This document shows positions 24,727 to 34,338 of a stretch of DNA of 38,206 bases, piece by piece. Below the pieces are notes generated by a model. That model was not told the DNA's origin, did no database searches, and saw only the letters and a list, made by a program, of their open reading frames with translations. The stretch comes from a virus. Its lineage: Duplodnaviria; Caudoviricetes. The translations under genes and the position numbers were made by a program. Numbering within the stretch: position 1 is the stretch's first letter; each line of letters begins with the position of its first letter. The stretch spans positions 1 through 38,206 of IMG/VR virus record IMGVR_UViG_3300043443_000066. One strand, written 5' to 3'.

Positions 24727-24866
24727 TGCCTCTTAAACAAGGATACTCTAAAAAGACCATCTCTGAGAATATTCGTAAAGAGATGAAATCAGGTAAGCCG
24801 CAGAAGCAGGCCATCGCTATCGCCCTTAGCACTGCTCGTAAAGCAAAGAAAAAGGCTAAGAAATGA
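24726..24866 (+). CDS. Small Lys-rich protein (46 aa, [16 protein letters not shown]...KQAIAIALS)
   Basis: Not in the ORF track; coupled on both sides. Confidence 0.75.
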   Translation: MPLKQGYSKKTISENIRKEMKSGKPQKQAIAIALSTARKAKKKAKK

Positions 24867-25015
24867 AACCGGGACTCTATGCCAACATTAACGCTAAACG
24901 CAAGCGTATCGCTGCTGGATCTGGTGAGAAGATGCGTAAGGTAGGTTCTAAAGGCGCTCCTACCGCTAAAGACTTCAAAGACGCTGCTAAGACGGCTAAG
25001 AAGCCAAAGAAATGA
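24863..25015 (+). CDS. Small Lys-rich protein (50 aa, [16 protein letters not shown]...)
   Basis: Not in the ORF track; ATGA coupling on both sides. Confidence 0.75.
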   Translation: MKPGLYANINAKRKRIAAGSGEKMRKVGSKGAPTAKDFKDAAKTAKKPKK

Positions 25016-25197
25016 ACTTCTGGATTGCTGTAGCCTTCTTCTGCGTTAATGATAGTTGTTCTTTTTGGAAAGCAGATGAAAACTTCTACAGCCAAGAGAA
25101 GTGTGAAGCAAAAGTAATACAAATAATTAATGCTGTAGAAAAAGAAAAAGGTGTAGCAGATGGTGTTTGCTTACCAATTAAACCGGGACAGACATAA
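25012..25197 (+). CDS. Small Cys-containing hypothetical protein
   Basis: Coupled on both sides; hydrophobic N-terminus; 4 Cys. Confidence 0.65.
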   Translation: MNFWIAVAFFCVNDSCSFWKADENFYSQEKCEAKVIQIINAVEKEKGVADGVCLPIKPGQT

Positions 25198-25442
25198 TGG
25201 TTAAGAAAGTATATCAGAATCCTGAAGGCGGTCTTAACGCTAAAGGTCGTGCATATTTTAAGGCCAAAGAAGGGGCTAATTTAAAGCCTCCAGTGTCTGC
25301 CAAAGAAGCTGCTAAATCACCTAAGAAGGCTGCTCGTAGGAAGTCATTCTGTGCAAGGATGAGTGGTGTTCCCGGCCCAATGAAGGATGAAAAAGGCAGA
25401 CCAACTCGTAAAGCATTGGCTCTTCGTAAATGGGATTGTTAA
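25197..25442 (+). CDS. DUF6321-like basic protein
   Basis: GGLNAKGRAY...RRKSFCARM...LALRKWDC. Confidence 0.75.
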   Translation: MVKKVYQNPEGGLNAKGRAYFKAKEGANLKPPVSAKEAAKSPKKAARRKSFCARMSGVPGPMKDEKGRPTRKALALRKWDC

Positions 25443-26099
25443 ATGGCTACTACATACTTACAACTAGTTAACGATGTATTAACAAGACTGCGTGAGTCTA
25501 CTGTTACTTCTGTCACTCAGAATGATTACTCTGCCTTGATCGGCAAGTTAGTTAATGATTCTAAGCGTGAAGTAGAAGATTCTTGGTCTTGGGATTGTCT
25601 GCGTAATACTTATTCTTTTAACACAGTCGCAGATACCTTTAACTATACCTTAACCAATGCTGGTACACGGTTTAGGTTGCTGCAAGCAATGAACGATACT
25701 TCTGATGAGTTTATGGATTATCGTACCGCTGCTTATATGACTGAGAATTTGATTCTTACTTCAAACCCTCAGAAGGGTGTTCCATCGTATTATAACTTCA
25801 ACGGTGTGGATGCTAACGGAGATTCTCAAGTCGATGTCTACCCTATTCCTAATGGTGTGTATACTATTCGTTTTGATGTGGTTAAACCAGAAGCGGAATT
25901 AAGCGCTAACACTGATGCTACAGCACTACCTAAGAACCCCATAGTGCTGCTGGCATGGGCCAAGGCTATTGAAGAGCGTGGCGAAGACGGCGGTATCAAT
26001 GTGTCAAGCCAGTATGCAGTTGCACAGCGTTCACTAGGTGATCACATCGCTATCGAGGCTGGTCGTCGTGGTGATGAAACTACTTGGAACTGGGTATAA
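25443..26099 (+). CDS. Head-tail adaptor / tail tubular protein A
   Basis: TYLQLVNDVLTRLRE, WSWDCLR, VYPIPNG. Confidence 0.8.
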   Translation: MATTYLQLVNDVLTRLRESTVTSVTQNDYSALIGKLVNDSKREVEDSWSWDCLRNTYSFNTVADTFNYTLTNAGTRFRLLQAMNDTSDEFMDYRTAAYMTENLILTSNPQKGVPSYYNFNGVDANGDSQVDVYPIPNGVYTIRFDVVKPEAELSANTDATALPKNPIVLLAWAKAIEERGEDGGINVSSQYAVAQRSLGDHIAIEAGRRGDETTWNWV

Positions 26100-27700
26100 T
26101 GCCTAACAAGCCACTACAATCCATATCGCTGACCTCACCGGGTTACTTTGGTCTTAATAACCAAGACTCCCCTGTAACGCTTAATCCTGCCTTTGCTACG
26201 CAGGCTTACAACGCTGTTATTGACAAGTTCGGTAGGATCGGTGCTAGGAAGGGTTGGACATACTCTACCACCACCGGTGGCACTAGTTCTGCACCAAAAG
26301 CGATGTTTGAGTTTGACAATGGTGACGCTACTTACACCATCATCTCTGCTGGTAATGCCAAGTTGTTTACTGGTGAGACAACGCTAACTGAGAAGAATGT
26401 TCGTAACAGTACAGATTCTGCTAACTTAACTTACACCATTAGTGCTGATAACTGGCAGATTGTTCAGCCCATCTACGATTCTGGACTAAACCTATCAGCA
26501 CATGCTTATCTGGTTCAGAAGAATCAACCGCCTTTGGTTTATCATAAACTAGGCGCTACTGCTCATGCTCATAGCGGTAGTTTTGGCTTTCAGCGACTAG
26601 GTGATGTTGGTAGTGTTCCTACCGGATACAGTGTAACCACATTTATGCCTAACTGCGCCTTGGCTGCTTATGGTCGTATGTGGATGGCTGATATCGGTGC
26701 TAATAACAACACTATTTATTATTCAGCACTGTTAGAACCTGATAACTTTACTGCTGTTGGTTCTGGATTTATTAACCTTGAGCAGGTAGTTCCCGGTGGA
26801 GACAAGATTGTAGCACTGTCTGCTCATAATAACTTCTTGGTTGTATTCTGTCAGAATAATATCGCTATCTACAGCGGTGCAGATAACATTGATACTTTGC
26901 AGGTTAGCGATGTTATCAAAGGTGTTGGTTGTATTGCTAGAGACAGTGTACAGAATATTGGTACAGATATTATCTTCTTGTCTAACAGCGGTGTTCGTAG
27001 TCTTGGTCGTACAATCCAAGAGAAGTCTTCCCCGATGCGTGATATTAGCAAGAATGTTCGTGACCAGTTCTTGTTACTTTTGACCAACGAAGATAAAGAA
27101 ACCCTTCGCAGTGTTTATTACGAGCCTGATGCTTTCTATCTGTTGACCATGCCTACCAGCGGCTTTACTTATTGCTTTGATGTTAGAGCGCCGCTAGAGG
27201 ATGGATCTTTTAGAGCAACCATCTGGGATACCATCAATCCTACAGCGCTGCTTGCCACTAGAAACCGTAGACTGCTAATGGGTAAGCCTAATGGCATTGC
27301 CTTGTATAACGGCTATCAAGACAACGGTAGCAACTATACTTTTAGTTACTACACCCCTTATATTGACTTTGGCGCTCCTTCGGTAACGAAGATGCTAAAG
27401 AAAATTGTTGTAACTGTGGTCGGTGGAAGTAACACAACACTTGACATTAAGTGGGCTTTCGATTATAATACAAACTATAGCATTGCAACAGCAACTACGC
27501 AGACTGCTCCTACCTTTGAGTATGGCACTGCTGAGTACAATGTTGCTGAATACGCAGCTTCAATATTCATCGACCAACTCCGTCAGCAATTGTCTGGTAG
27601 CGGTAATGTGGTTCAAATTGGCGTAGAGGCATTGATTAACGGTAATCCCTTGTCTCTACAGAAAGTTGACATCTATTCCGTTGTGGGAAGGACGATTTAA
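26099..27700 (+). CDS. Tail nozzle / tubular protein B (P22 gp10 / T7 gp12-like)
   Basis: FGLN start motif, GVGCIARDS, IIFLSNSGVRSL; ATG at 26099 coupled via TAATG. Confidence 0.8.
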   Translation: MPNKPLQSISLTSPGYFGLNNQDSPVTLNPAFATQAYNAVIDKFGRIGARKGWTYSTTTGGTSSAPKAMFEFDNGDATYTIISAGNAKLFTGETTLTEKNVRNSTDSANLTYTISADNWQIVQPIYDSGLNLSAHAYLVQKNQPPLVYHKLGATAHAHSGSFGFQRLGDVGSVPTGYSVTTFMPNCALAAYGRMWMADIGANNNTIYYSALLEPDNFTAVGSGFINLEQVVPGGDKIVALSAHNNFLVVFCQNNIAIYSGADNIDTLQVSDVIKGVGCIARDSVQNIGTDIIFLSNSGVRSLGRTIQEKSSPMRDISKNVRDQFLLLLTNEDKETLRSVYYEPDAFYLLTMPTSGFTYCFDVRAPLEDGSFRATIWDTINPTALLATRNRRLLMGKPNGIALYNGYQDNGSNYTFSYYTPYIDFGAPSVTKMLKKIVVTVVGGSNTTLDIKWAFDYNTNYSIATATTQTAPTFEYGTAEYNVAEYAASIFIDQLRQQLSGSGNVVQIGVEALINGNPLSLQKVDIYSVVGRTI

Positions 27701-27702
27701 TC

Positions 27703-27933
27703 ATGTCAGATTATGTAAAAGTAACTAACTTTGCTACCAAAGATAGCCTTCCTAGTGGAGACACTAACAAGGTTGTTCGTGGTTCTGAGATTAACACTGA
27801 GTTTGACAACATTGCTACCGCTGTTGCTACCAAGGCAGACAAAGCAAGCCCTACCTTTACTGGTACGGTGACGCTGGCTGCTTTGACTATCACCGGTGCT
27901 GTAACAGGGACTATTGGTGGCGGAACCTATTAA
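27703..27933 (+). CDS. Short tail needle/fibre-anchor protein
   Basis: EINTEFDNIATAV and ASPTFTGT motifs; ends IGGGTY. Confidence 0.65.
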   Translation: MSDYVKVTNFATKDSLPSGDTNKVVRGSEINTEFDNIATAVATKADKASPTFTGTVTLAALTITGAVTGTIGGGTY

Positions 27934-28222
27934 TCGTGTTCCTGTAATTCTAAGAAAGACCCACTATGTCTGGTTAGAGAATTACGCAAACAAGTTGTGG
28001 GTTCACTGTGATGTGTATAAGTGGAACCGAGAAACAAAGAAACAGATGGATCAGGATTGGGCGCATTTGATGGATATGCTAAATAGCGATCTGTATGTAC
28101 TGCACAACCCCAAAGAAAATAAACCTAAATTGAAATTTATTAAGTGGTATGGATTTACTTGGCTTAAGGATGTAGCCGGTAAAGAAAACCAAACCTACCA
28201 AGTATGGTATAGGAGAAAATAA
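27914..28222 (+). CDS. Degenerate GNAT-like virion assembly protein
   Basis: KFIKWYGF motif; position between tail and ejection genes. Confidence 0.55.
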   Translation: MVAEPINRVPVILRKTHYVWLENYANKLWVHCDVYKWNRETKKQMDQDWAHLMDMLNSDLYVLHNPKENKPKLKFIKWYGFTWLKDVAGKENQTYQVWYRRK

Positions 28223-29937
28223 TGGGCGGAGCAGTAGGCGGTTTTTTGGATGATGTGGTCGGCATCGACGATAGCGGTGGTATCGTTGGCTCAGTGTCCG
28301 AAGCTGGCGCTGATCTTGATGACTTTGTTAACGAAGAAATCCCCGGTGGCTGGACTACTGTTGCCGTAGTCGCTGGTGGAACTGCCTTAGCCACAGGCGC
28401 TCTTGGTGGCGGTACAGCCGCTGGTGTCGGTGCTGCTGAAGGAGCCGCTGCTGCTGGTACAGGTGCTACAGTATTCCCAGTAGCCGCCCCCGGTGCCATC
28501 ACTGCAACTCCAATTGCTGCTGGTACAGTTGGCATTCCTGCTGCTGGAACTGCTGCTGCTGGTGCTGGACTTCTTTCAGGAGCCGCTGGAGGATCTACAG
28601 CTATCCCCGGATCACTGCAAGCAACTCTGGGAGAACTAGGTGTTCAAACAGGTTCTTCAGGTGCTTTGTCGTCAGCCGCTACTGGAACTGCTGGCGGTGG
28701 TTTCTTCCCCGGTGTTGTTGAAGGCGCTACAGCAACTTATGCTCCCGGTTCCTTACAATCAACTTTAAGTGAACTAGGTGTTAACATTGCTGGTGGTGCT
28801 ACATACGCCCCCGGAACACTAGGTGCTGCTCTTCCCGGTTTAGGCGTTACTCCGCTGGCTTCTGGTGGCGTTGCCTCCGGTGTTACTCAACTTGCTGATG
28901 GTTCTTTCCTAGACCAAGCAGGTCGTTTATTTAATCAGGCTGGAAACTTTGTTAAACAACTAACTGGAAGTGAAGTAGGTCAACTTCTTGGTTCTGCTGC
29001 ACAGACTTACATCAATCAGGAGTTTCTAAGTAATCTTGCTGATGAACAGCGTCAACTAGGCGCACAAGCAGCCGCTAAAGCAGAACAACTCGGTGCTGCC
29101 TCTGCTGTTCCGTTTACTCCTTATACGGTTACTACTGGCCTTGGCAGCGCACAGGTTACGCCTACTGGTGCTACGACTACTCTGGCTGCTCCGTATCAAA
29201 CTATTGCAGAGCAGACAGCACAGCAGGCTGGTCAAGCCTTCGGTGCTATCAATCCTGCTCAGTCAGCACAGACTCTGTACGGTCAACTTGAAGCACTGCA
29301 AGCACCGGGACGACAGATTGAACAGAATCGTCTACTTGGTAGTCTTGGTCAAAAAGGATTGCTTGGATTTAGTCAAAATCTACCCACTGTTGGTGGTGCT
29401 GTCACTGGCGTTAATCCTTACTTCCAATCTTTGTTGTCTGCTCAAGAAACTGCTAGAGCTCAGAATGCATTGGCTGCACAACAATATGGTACTAGCGAAG
29501 CACAGCGTCAAGCCTCTCTAGGTACTTCCTTGCTGGGTGTTGGTACTGGTCTTGAAGCACAAGCAGCAAATCGTCTAGTACAGGCTGGAACACTTGGCCT
29601 TGACTTGACTAAACTTAACCAAGTTAACGCTGCTAATGCGTTGAAATCAGGGCTTGTTGGCCTTGACTTCCAAACTCAAATGAACCTTAATGCCGCTGAT
29701 ATTGAAGCTGCTCGACAGCGGCAACTTGCTCAAGCTGCTTCAAACACTGTTGGTGGCTTGTTTGGCACAGCAGGAGGTAGCACTGGCACTATTAGTAATC
29801 TACTGAATGCTGGAAGTAACTTGCTTTCAGCAGGATCAACATATAATACGATTGCTAATACACCTTTAGCAGCTGATATGACAACATATCTAAATCCTTC
29901 AAACATTTCTGATCTGTATGGCTACGGTCTATTTTAA
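28222..29937 (+). CDS. Internal virion / DNA ejection protein 1
   Basis: Gly/Ala-rich hydrophobic N-half and Gln/Ala helical C-half; position. Confidence 0.7.
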   Translation: MGGAVGGFLDDVVGIDDSGGIVGSVSEAGADLDDFVNEEIPGGWTTVAVVAGGTALATGALGGGTAAGVGAAEGAAAAGTGATVFPVAAPGAITATPIAAGTVGIPAAGTAAAGAGLLSGAAGGSTAIPGSLQATLGELGVQTGSSGALSSAATGTAGGGFFPGVVEGATATYAPGSLQSTLSELGVNIAGGATYAPGTLGAALPGLGVTPLASGGVASGVTQLADGSFLDQAGRLFNQAGNFVKQLTGSEVGQLLGSAAQTYINQEFLSNLADEQRQLGAQAAAKAEQLGAASAVPFTPYTVTTGLGSAQVTPTGATTTLAAPYQTIAEQTAQQAGQAFGAINPAQSAQTLYGQLEALQAPGRQIEQNRLLGSLGQKGLLGFSQNLPTVGGAVTGVNPYFQSLLSAQETARAQNALAAQQYGTSEAQRQASLGTSLLGVGTGLEAQAANRLVQAGTLGLDLTKLNQVNAANALKSGLVGLDFQTQMNLNAADIEAARQRQLAQAASNTVGGLFGTAGGSTGTISNLLNAGSNLLSAGSTYNTIANTPLAADMTTYLNPSNISDLYGYGLF

Positions 29938-29946
29938 GGAAAAATA

Positions 29947-31221
29947 ATGGCAACTAACGATTACCAAATTACAAACACGCTGCTACAGAGTTTGTTTGGC
30001 CCTAGCCCAGAACAGCAAGCACAGGCTTATCAGCAGGCTCGTGATCAGCAAGCATTGCAGATGGCTCAACTTACCCCCGGTCGTGGTGCTGTGTTCGCCG
30101 GCTCACAGATTGCACAGGATTTAGGCAAGTCTGCTGGTGAACTAGGGGGCGCTGTACGCCGTGGTGTCTTCGGTATTGAGACGCCTAAAGAGATTGAGGA
30201 CAATGTTGCAAACCAGATTAAAGCCAAGGCTCAACCACTTTTGCAACAAGGTGATGTTGCTGGCTACGCTGACTTTCTTGCTACTGAATATGCAAAGGCT
30301 GGTTTGACTGATCGTGCTGTGAGGGCTAAGACTGCTGCTGAACAGTTTACTATGCAACAGAAAGAACAAAAAGCAGGATTAGAATTAAAACAAGCACAGG
30401 CGAGAAAAGCAACTGCTGAAGCAGGTAAATATGAGTTGTCTATTCAACAAGAAGAAAAACTAAGAGCAGAACTACAGCAGTTAGGCCCAAATGCAACAGA
30501 AGATCAGATTATTGCTGTTGTTACTAAGTACGGTTCTCCTGATAAGGTTCTTGAACTTCTTCAAAAGAAAGAAATGGCTAAACAAAGCAGAGCTGAAAAA
30601 GCTGCTGAAAGAGCCAAGAAAGCAAGTATGTTGCCTTCGTCTTTGCAAAAAGAAGAAGACAAAGATTTGGCATCTATTGATTCTTACGATGCTCAAGCTG
30701 AAGCACTAGGCCCATCTATTCAAAATCTTACTCCAAACAACGCCGGTGTAAGAAAACTGCAATTAGGGCCAGTACAGAACTCTAAATATTTAGCTCAAAA
30801 CTTAGCAGGCAATTCTACAGAGGAAAGTCGTGCTTTTGAAGCGCTTAAATCAGCAGTAGATACCGCTGTTAACTTACAGGTTAGCGCTGAAAAAGGTGTA
30901 CAGACTGATAAGGATGTGTTGCGTTTCGCTAAAGCACTTATCGGTGCTTTTGGTAGAAACGATACTCAAGCAACTCTTGAAGCCCTTCAACGCTATAAAG
31001 AAGCAATTGATAAGGCAAAAGAAAGAACTAAAGCAAGGCTGGAGTCACGGAGAAAGTCTCAAAATGTTGAACCGTACTATGGCAACATCGCACCTCCATC
31101 TCTAGCAACACCAACAATTACACCTGCTCAACCTCCGGCCGCTGCTCCGCAAGGTCAAGGTGCTGTTATTCGTTTTGGACGAGACGCTAACGGAAATATT
31201 GTTCCTCTAGGGGGAAAGTAA
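29947..31221 (+). CDS. Internal virion / DNA ejection protein 2
   Basis: Helical Gln/Ala/Lys-rich; position. Confidence 0.7.
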   Translation: MATNDYQITNTLLQSLFGPSPEQQAQAYQQARDQQALQMAQLTPGRGAVFAGSQIAQDLGKSAGELGGAVRRGVFGIETPKEIEDNVANQIKAKAQPLLQQGDVAGYADFLATEYAKAGLTDRAVRAKTAAEQFTMQQKEQKAGLELKQAQARKATAEAGKYELSIQQEEKLRAELQQLGPNATEDQIIAVVTKYGSPDKVLELLQKKEMAKQSRAEKAAERAKKASMLPSSLQKEEDKDLASIDSYDAQAEALGPSIQNLTPNNAGVRKLQLGPVQNSKYLAQNLAGNSTEESRAFEALKSAVDTAVNLQVSAEKGVQTDKDVLRFAKALIGAFGRNDTQATLEALQRYKEAIDKAKERTKARLESRRKSQNVEPYYGNIAPPSLATPTITPAQPPAAAPQGQGAVIRFGRDANGNIVPLGGK

Positions 31222-31222
31222 C

Positions 31223-32731
31223 ATGAGAGTAGAGTTTAACGGAACTATTTATGAGTTTCCTGATGATGCAACTCAACAAGAAATTGCTCAAGCATTAGGA
31301 AAACTAGCGCCTCAAGCACAACCAGCACCTACTCAAGCACAGCCACAAAAGCGTGGAATTGGTGCTGAGATTGTTCGTCAACTAGGTCTTACTGGTAGGG
31401 CTGTTTATGAAGCGTTCACTTCACCAGCAACCACGGTTCTTGAAGGCATTAGCGGCGCTTATAACTTAGGCGCTCAAGCACTGGGATCTGAAAGCAGGAT
31501 GCCTTCGTTTGCACAAGCACAGTCGCAGATGCTTACTGAAAGGGCCGGTCTTCCTGTACCAGAAACAGCAACTGAAAGGGCTGTACAGTCTGGTGTACAA
31601 GCCATGACAAGCACTGCTGGACTAGCCAAGGCTCTTCCTAAAGTAACATCACTTTCTGCTGATCTACAGCGTCAAATCCCTGCTGCTGCCGCTGCTGGTC
31701 TTACTGCACAACCAACTGCAGAAGTAGTTAAAGAAGTTACTGGTAGCGACTTAGCTGCTGCTATCGCCGGTATCGGTGTTGGCGCTATTGCTGCAGGCGC
31801 AACTGGTAAAACAATTAATTCGATTGAGCAAGGTAAAACACCTCTTTACACAATCAAAGAGATTAAAGAGAGAGCAACTCAATCTTACAACGCAATGGAT
31901 CAAGCCGGTGTTACTTTAAATCCAAAAAGCGTAAGCAAGATGATTGGCGATGTTCGCACTGCTCTTGATGATGCTCGTATGGTTGAAGGAACTGCGGAAG
32001 CCGATGCCTTAAATAAGAGGCTTGTAAAGCTTCAAGCAATTGTTGAAGATGGTACACCAATTACCTTTAACAAGTTAGATGTAATGCGCAGTATTGTAAA
32101 TGATCTTCGCACGAGTACAGACGATCAAGTAAAGCGTCTTGCTAATGTTGCTATTACAAAGATGGACAACTATATTAGTAATTTGTCTGGAAAAGATGTT
32201 ATTGCTGGACGAGAAGGTATTGACAAGGCAGTTGCTGCCGTTACTTCCGCTAGAAAAGACTGGAGAAACGCAAGTCGAGCAACTATCCTTGAAGACGCTT
32301 TAGATGTTGCTGCTGCAAAAGCACTTGATCCAAAAGCATCTGAAAGCGAGTTGATTAGGCGTGGTTTTATCAACATTGCTTCAAACAAAGATAAAATGAA
32401 TCTATTTAGTAAGAGTGAACAGAATGTTATTCGCTCTATTGCTAAAGGTGGCCCATTAGATTCTCTGCTTACCTTTGCTGCTCAGTTTAGCCCATTGCGA
32501 TCAAAACTGGCTGCTGCAGGTTACGGTTATGGAGCAACACAGAATCCTTACATTGCCGGTGCTGTAGGAGGTACTGGTCTTGCTGCTGATGTTATTCAAG
32601 GCGCTTTGCGTCGTAGATCAGCGCAGCAAGGTGTAAAACAAATTGCTTCTGGAGCAACTCAACTTCCTCCTGAAAACCTAGCATCTCGTGGACTTTTGAC
32701 AGGTTCACTAGATATACCGCTGGGGCCTTAA
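31223..32731 (+). CDS. Internal virion / DNA ejection protein 3
   Basis: YEFPDDATQQEI N-terminus; Ala/Gly-rich membrane-like segments. Confidence 0.7.
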   Translation: MRVEFNGTIYEFPDDATQQEIAQALGKLAPQAQPAPTQAQPQKRGIGAEIVRQLGLTGRAVYEAFTSPATTVLEGISGAYNLGAQALGSESRMPSFAQAQSQMLTERAGLPVPETATERAVQSGVQAMTSTAGLAKALPKVTSLSADLQRQIPAAAAAGLTAQPTAEVVKEVTGSDLAAAIAGIGVGAIAAGATGKTINSIEQGKTPLYTIKEIKERATQSYNAMDQAGVTLNPKSVSKMIGDVRTALDDARMVEGTAEADALNKRLVKLQAIVEDGTPITFNKLDVMRSIVNDLRTSTDDQVKRLANVAITKMDNYISNLSGKDVIAGREGIDKAVAAVTSARKDWRNASRATILEDALDVAAAKALDPKASESELIRRGFINIASNKDKMNLFSKSEQNVIRSIAKGGPLDSLLTFAAQFSPLRSKLAAAGYGYGATQNPYIAGAVGGTGLAADVIQGALRRRSAQQGVKQIASGATQLPPENLASRGLLTGSLDIPLGP

Positions 32732-33189
32732 TGTCTGACCCAATCGTTAGCGCTGCCAGAACCGCTGTTGCTGGCATCAGGGAAGGTCTAGCCGTTGGTA
32801 AAGAGATTGAAGAACTCGGTAAAGACATTGCCGAGTTAGGCAAGGCTGACCTCAAGGCTAGGGCTGCTTATAGGCGTAAACAGGCTGTACGCAAGCCTGA
32901 TACGCACTTCTTTGAAGCCATTGATGAATGGAAACGATTCAGAGAGATTCACGATATGCGTCAAGAAATGATTGACGAAGTAAAGCGTAGATACGGTCAG
33001 AGGGCTGTTGACGAAATTAACAGCATAGAAGAGCGTATGAAGAAAGATTGGGAAAAGATTTATAACGAAGATGGACACGACAGGAAGAAGTTATTCATGT
33101 TAAAAGTCTACTGTTTCTTACTAGCTGCGATCATCACGGCTATTTTGTGGATTAACGGAACTATTAGAGCAATGTCGGAGGCAATGTAA
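32731..33189 (+). CDS. Hypothetical protein with C-terminal TM helix
   Basis: Coupled on both sides; VYCFLLAAIITAILWI. Confidence 0.7.
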   Translation: MSDPIVSAARTAVAGIREGLAVGKEIEELGKDIAELGKADLKARAAYRRKQAVRKPDTHFFEAIDEWKRFREIHDMRQEMIDEVKRRYGQRAVDEINSIEERMKKDWEKIYNEDGHDRKKLFMLKVYCFLLAAIITAILWINGTIRAMSEAM

Positions 33190-33689
33190 TGTTATCACTT
33201 ATCTCATCAGCAATTGGTTTCTTCGCCTCTGGCTTGCCTAAGGTACTAGAGTATTTTCAAGACAAGGCTGACAAAGCCCATGAACTTAAACTTGCTCAGA
33301 TGCAGACTGAGCGTGAGTTGCAACTAGCCAAGGAAGGCTTTATTGCTCAGGCTAAGATTGAAGAGATTAAAACTGAGCAGATTGCAATGCAGACCGATGC
33401 AGAGCGTCAAGGTGCTGCATTAGAGCATGACAAGGCTATCATGGCTCGTGCGTCTACATGGGTAGTTAACATGAACGGCATTGTTCGTCCTGCAGTTACC
33501 TTTATCTTTGTTGTTGAGTTGGTACTGATCAACATTGCATTGGCTAGTTGGTTCATGTTCTCTGGTGAAGTAAAGTCTGTAGAAGACATGGTTAGAGCAA
33601 GCGATGTTATCTTCTCTGAAGATGAAATGGCATTGCTCAGTGGAATCATTTCTTTCTGGTTTGGAAGCCGTCAGTGGGGTAAGAAGTAG
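33189..33689 (+). CDS. Three-TM holin-like protein
   Basis: DKAHEL, VRPAVTF, IISFWFGSR motifs; precedes the endolysin. Confidence 0.7.
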   Translation: MLSLISSAIGFFASGLPKVLEYFQDKADKAHELKLAQMQTERELQLAKEGFIAQAKIEEIKTEQIAMQTDAERQGAALEHDKAIMARASTWVVNMNGIVRPAVTFIFVVELVLINIALASWFMFSGEVKSVEDMVRASDVIFSEDEMALLSGIISFWFGSRQWGKK

Positions 33690-34198
33690 TGCAGACTTCT
33701 GACAAAGGCATCCATGTGATGCACCAGTTTGAAGGTTACAGAAACAAGCCATATCTTTGTCCTGCTCATATCTGGACTGTTGGCTGGGGTGAAGTCTTAT
33801 ACCAAGATCAGATCCGCTTGCCGATGGTGCGTAAAGAAGGCTACACAGGCTTAATTAGAAAAGAGTATGCTCTTAAGCCTGAAGATAACAGAGTATGGGA
33901 TAAGGAAGAACTGAAGAAAAGGTTTAAGAAGTTACTAGGCTCTTTTGAGCGTGGTGTTCTTAAACTTGCACCGAACTTAGCAGGCAACCAAGGCTTATTT
34001 GATGCTTGTGTCTGCTTATCTTACAACATCGGCTTAGGCGGGTTTCAGCGATCAACTCTGAGGCAGCGTATACTTCGTAATGAAGACCCAGAGAAGATTG
34101 CTGAAGGTTTTATGATGTACACCAAGGCTGGTGGTAAAGTGCTGCCGGGACTGGTAAAGCGTAGACAAGCAGAGGTTGCTTTATTCTTGGAAGACTAA
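33689..34198 (+). CDS. Endolysin, GH24 lysozyme
   Basis: FEG...YLCPAHIWTVGWG, SYNIG, GLVKRRQAE. Confidence 0.93.
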   Translation: MQTSDKGIHVMHQFEGYRNKPYLCPAHIWTVGWGEVLYQDQIRLPMVRKEGYTGLIRKEYALKPEDNRVWDKEELKKRFKKLLGSFERGVLKLAPNLAGNQGLFDACVCLSYNIGLGGFQRSTLRQRILRNEDPEKIAEGFMMYTKAGGKVLPGLVKRRQAEVALFLED

Positions 34199-34329
34199 CT
34201 CTTCTCCCAAGTAAACATCAGCCTTACTATAAACAAGTCTACAACTACATGGTTTAACTCTGAGTCGTCATCGTAGACATACTCAAAACCGCACATACAT
34301 CCACCAATCAGACTCAGAGTTATTTGCAT
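34195..34329 (-). CDS. Small hypothetical protein (44 aa, MQITLSLIGGCMCGFEY...)
   Basis: Not in the ORF track; AAGGA RBS; stop overlaps the lysozyme stop. Confidence 0.6.
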   Translation of the reverse strand: MQITLSLIGGCMCGFEYVYDDDSELNHVVVDLFIVRLMFTWEKS

Positions 34330-34338
34330 ATAGTTTCC

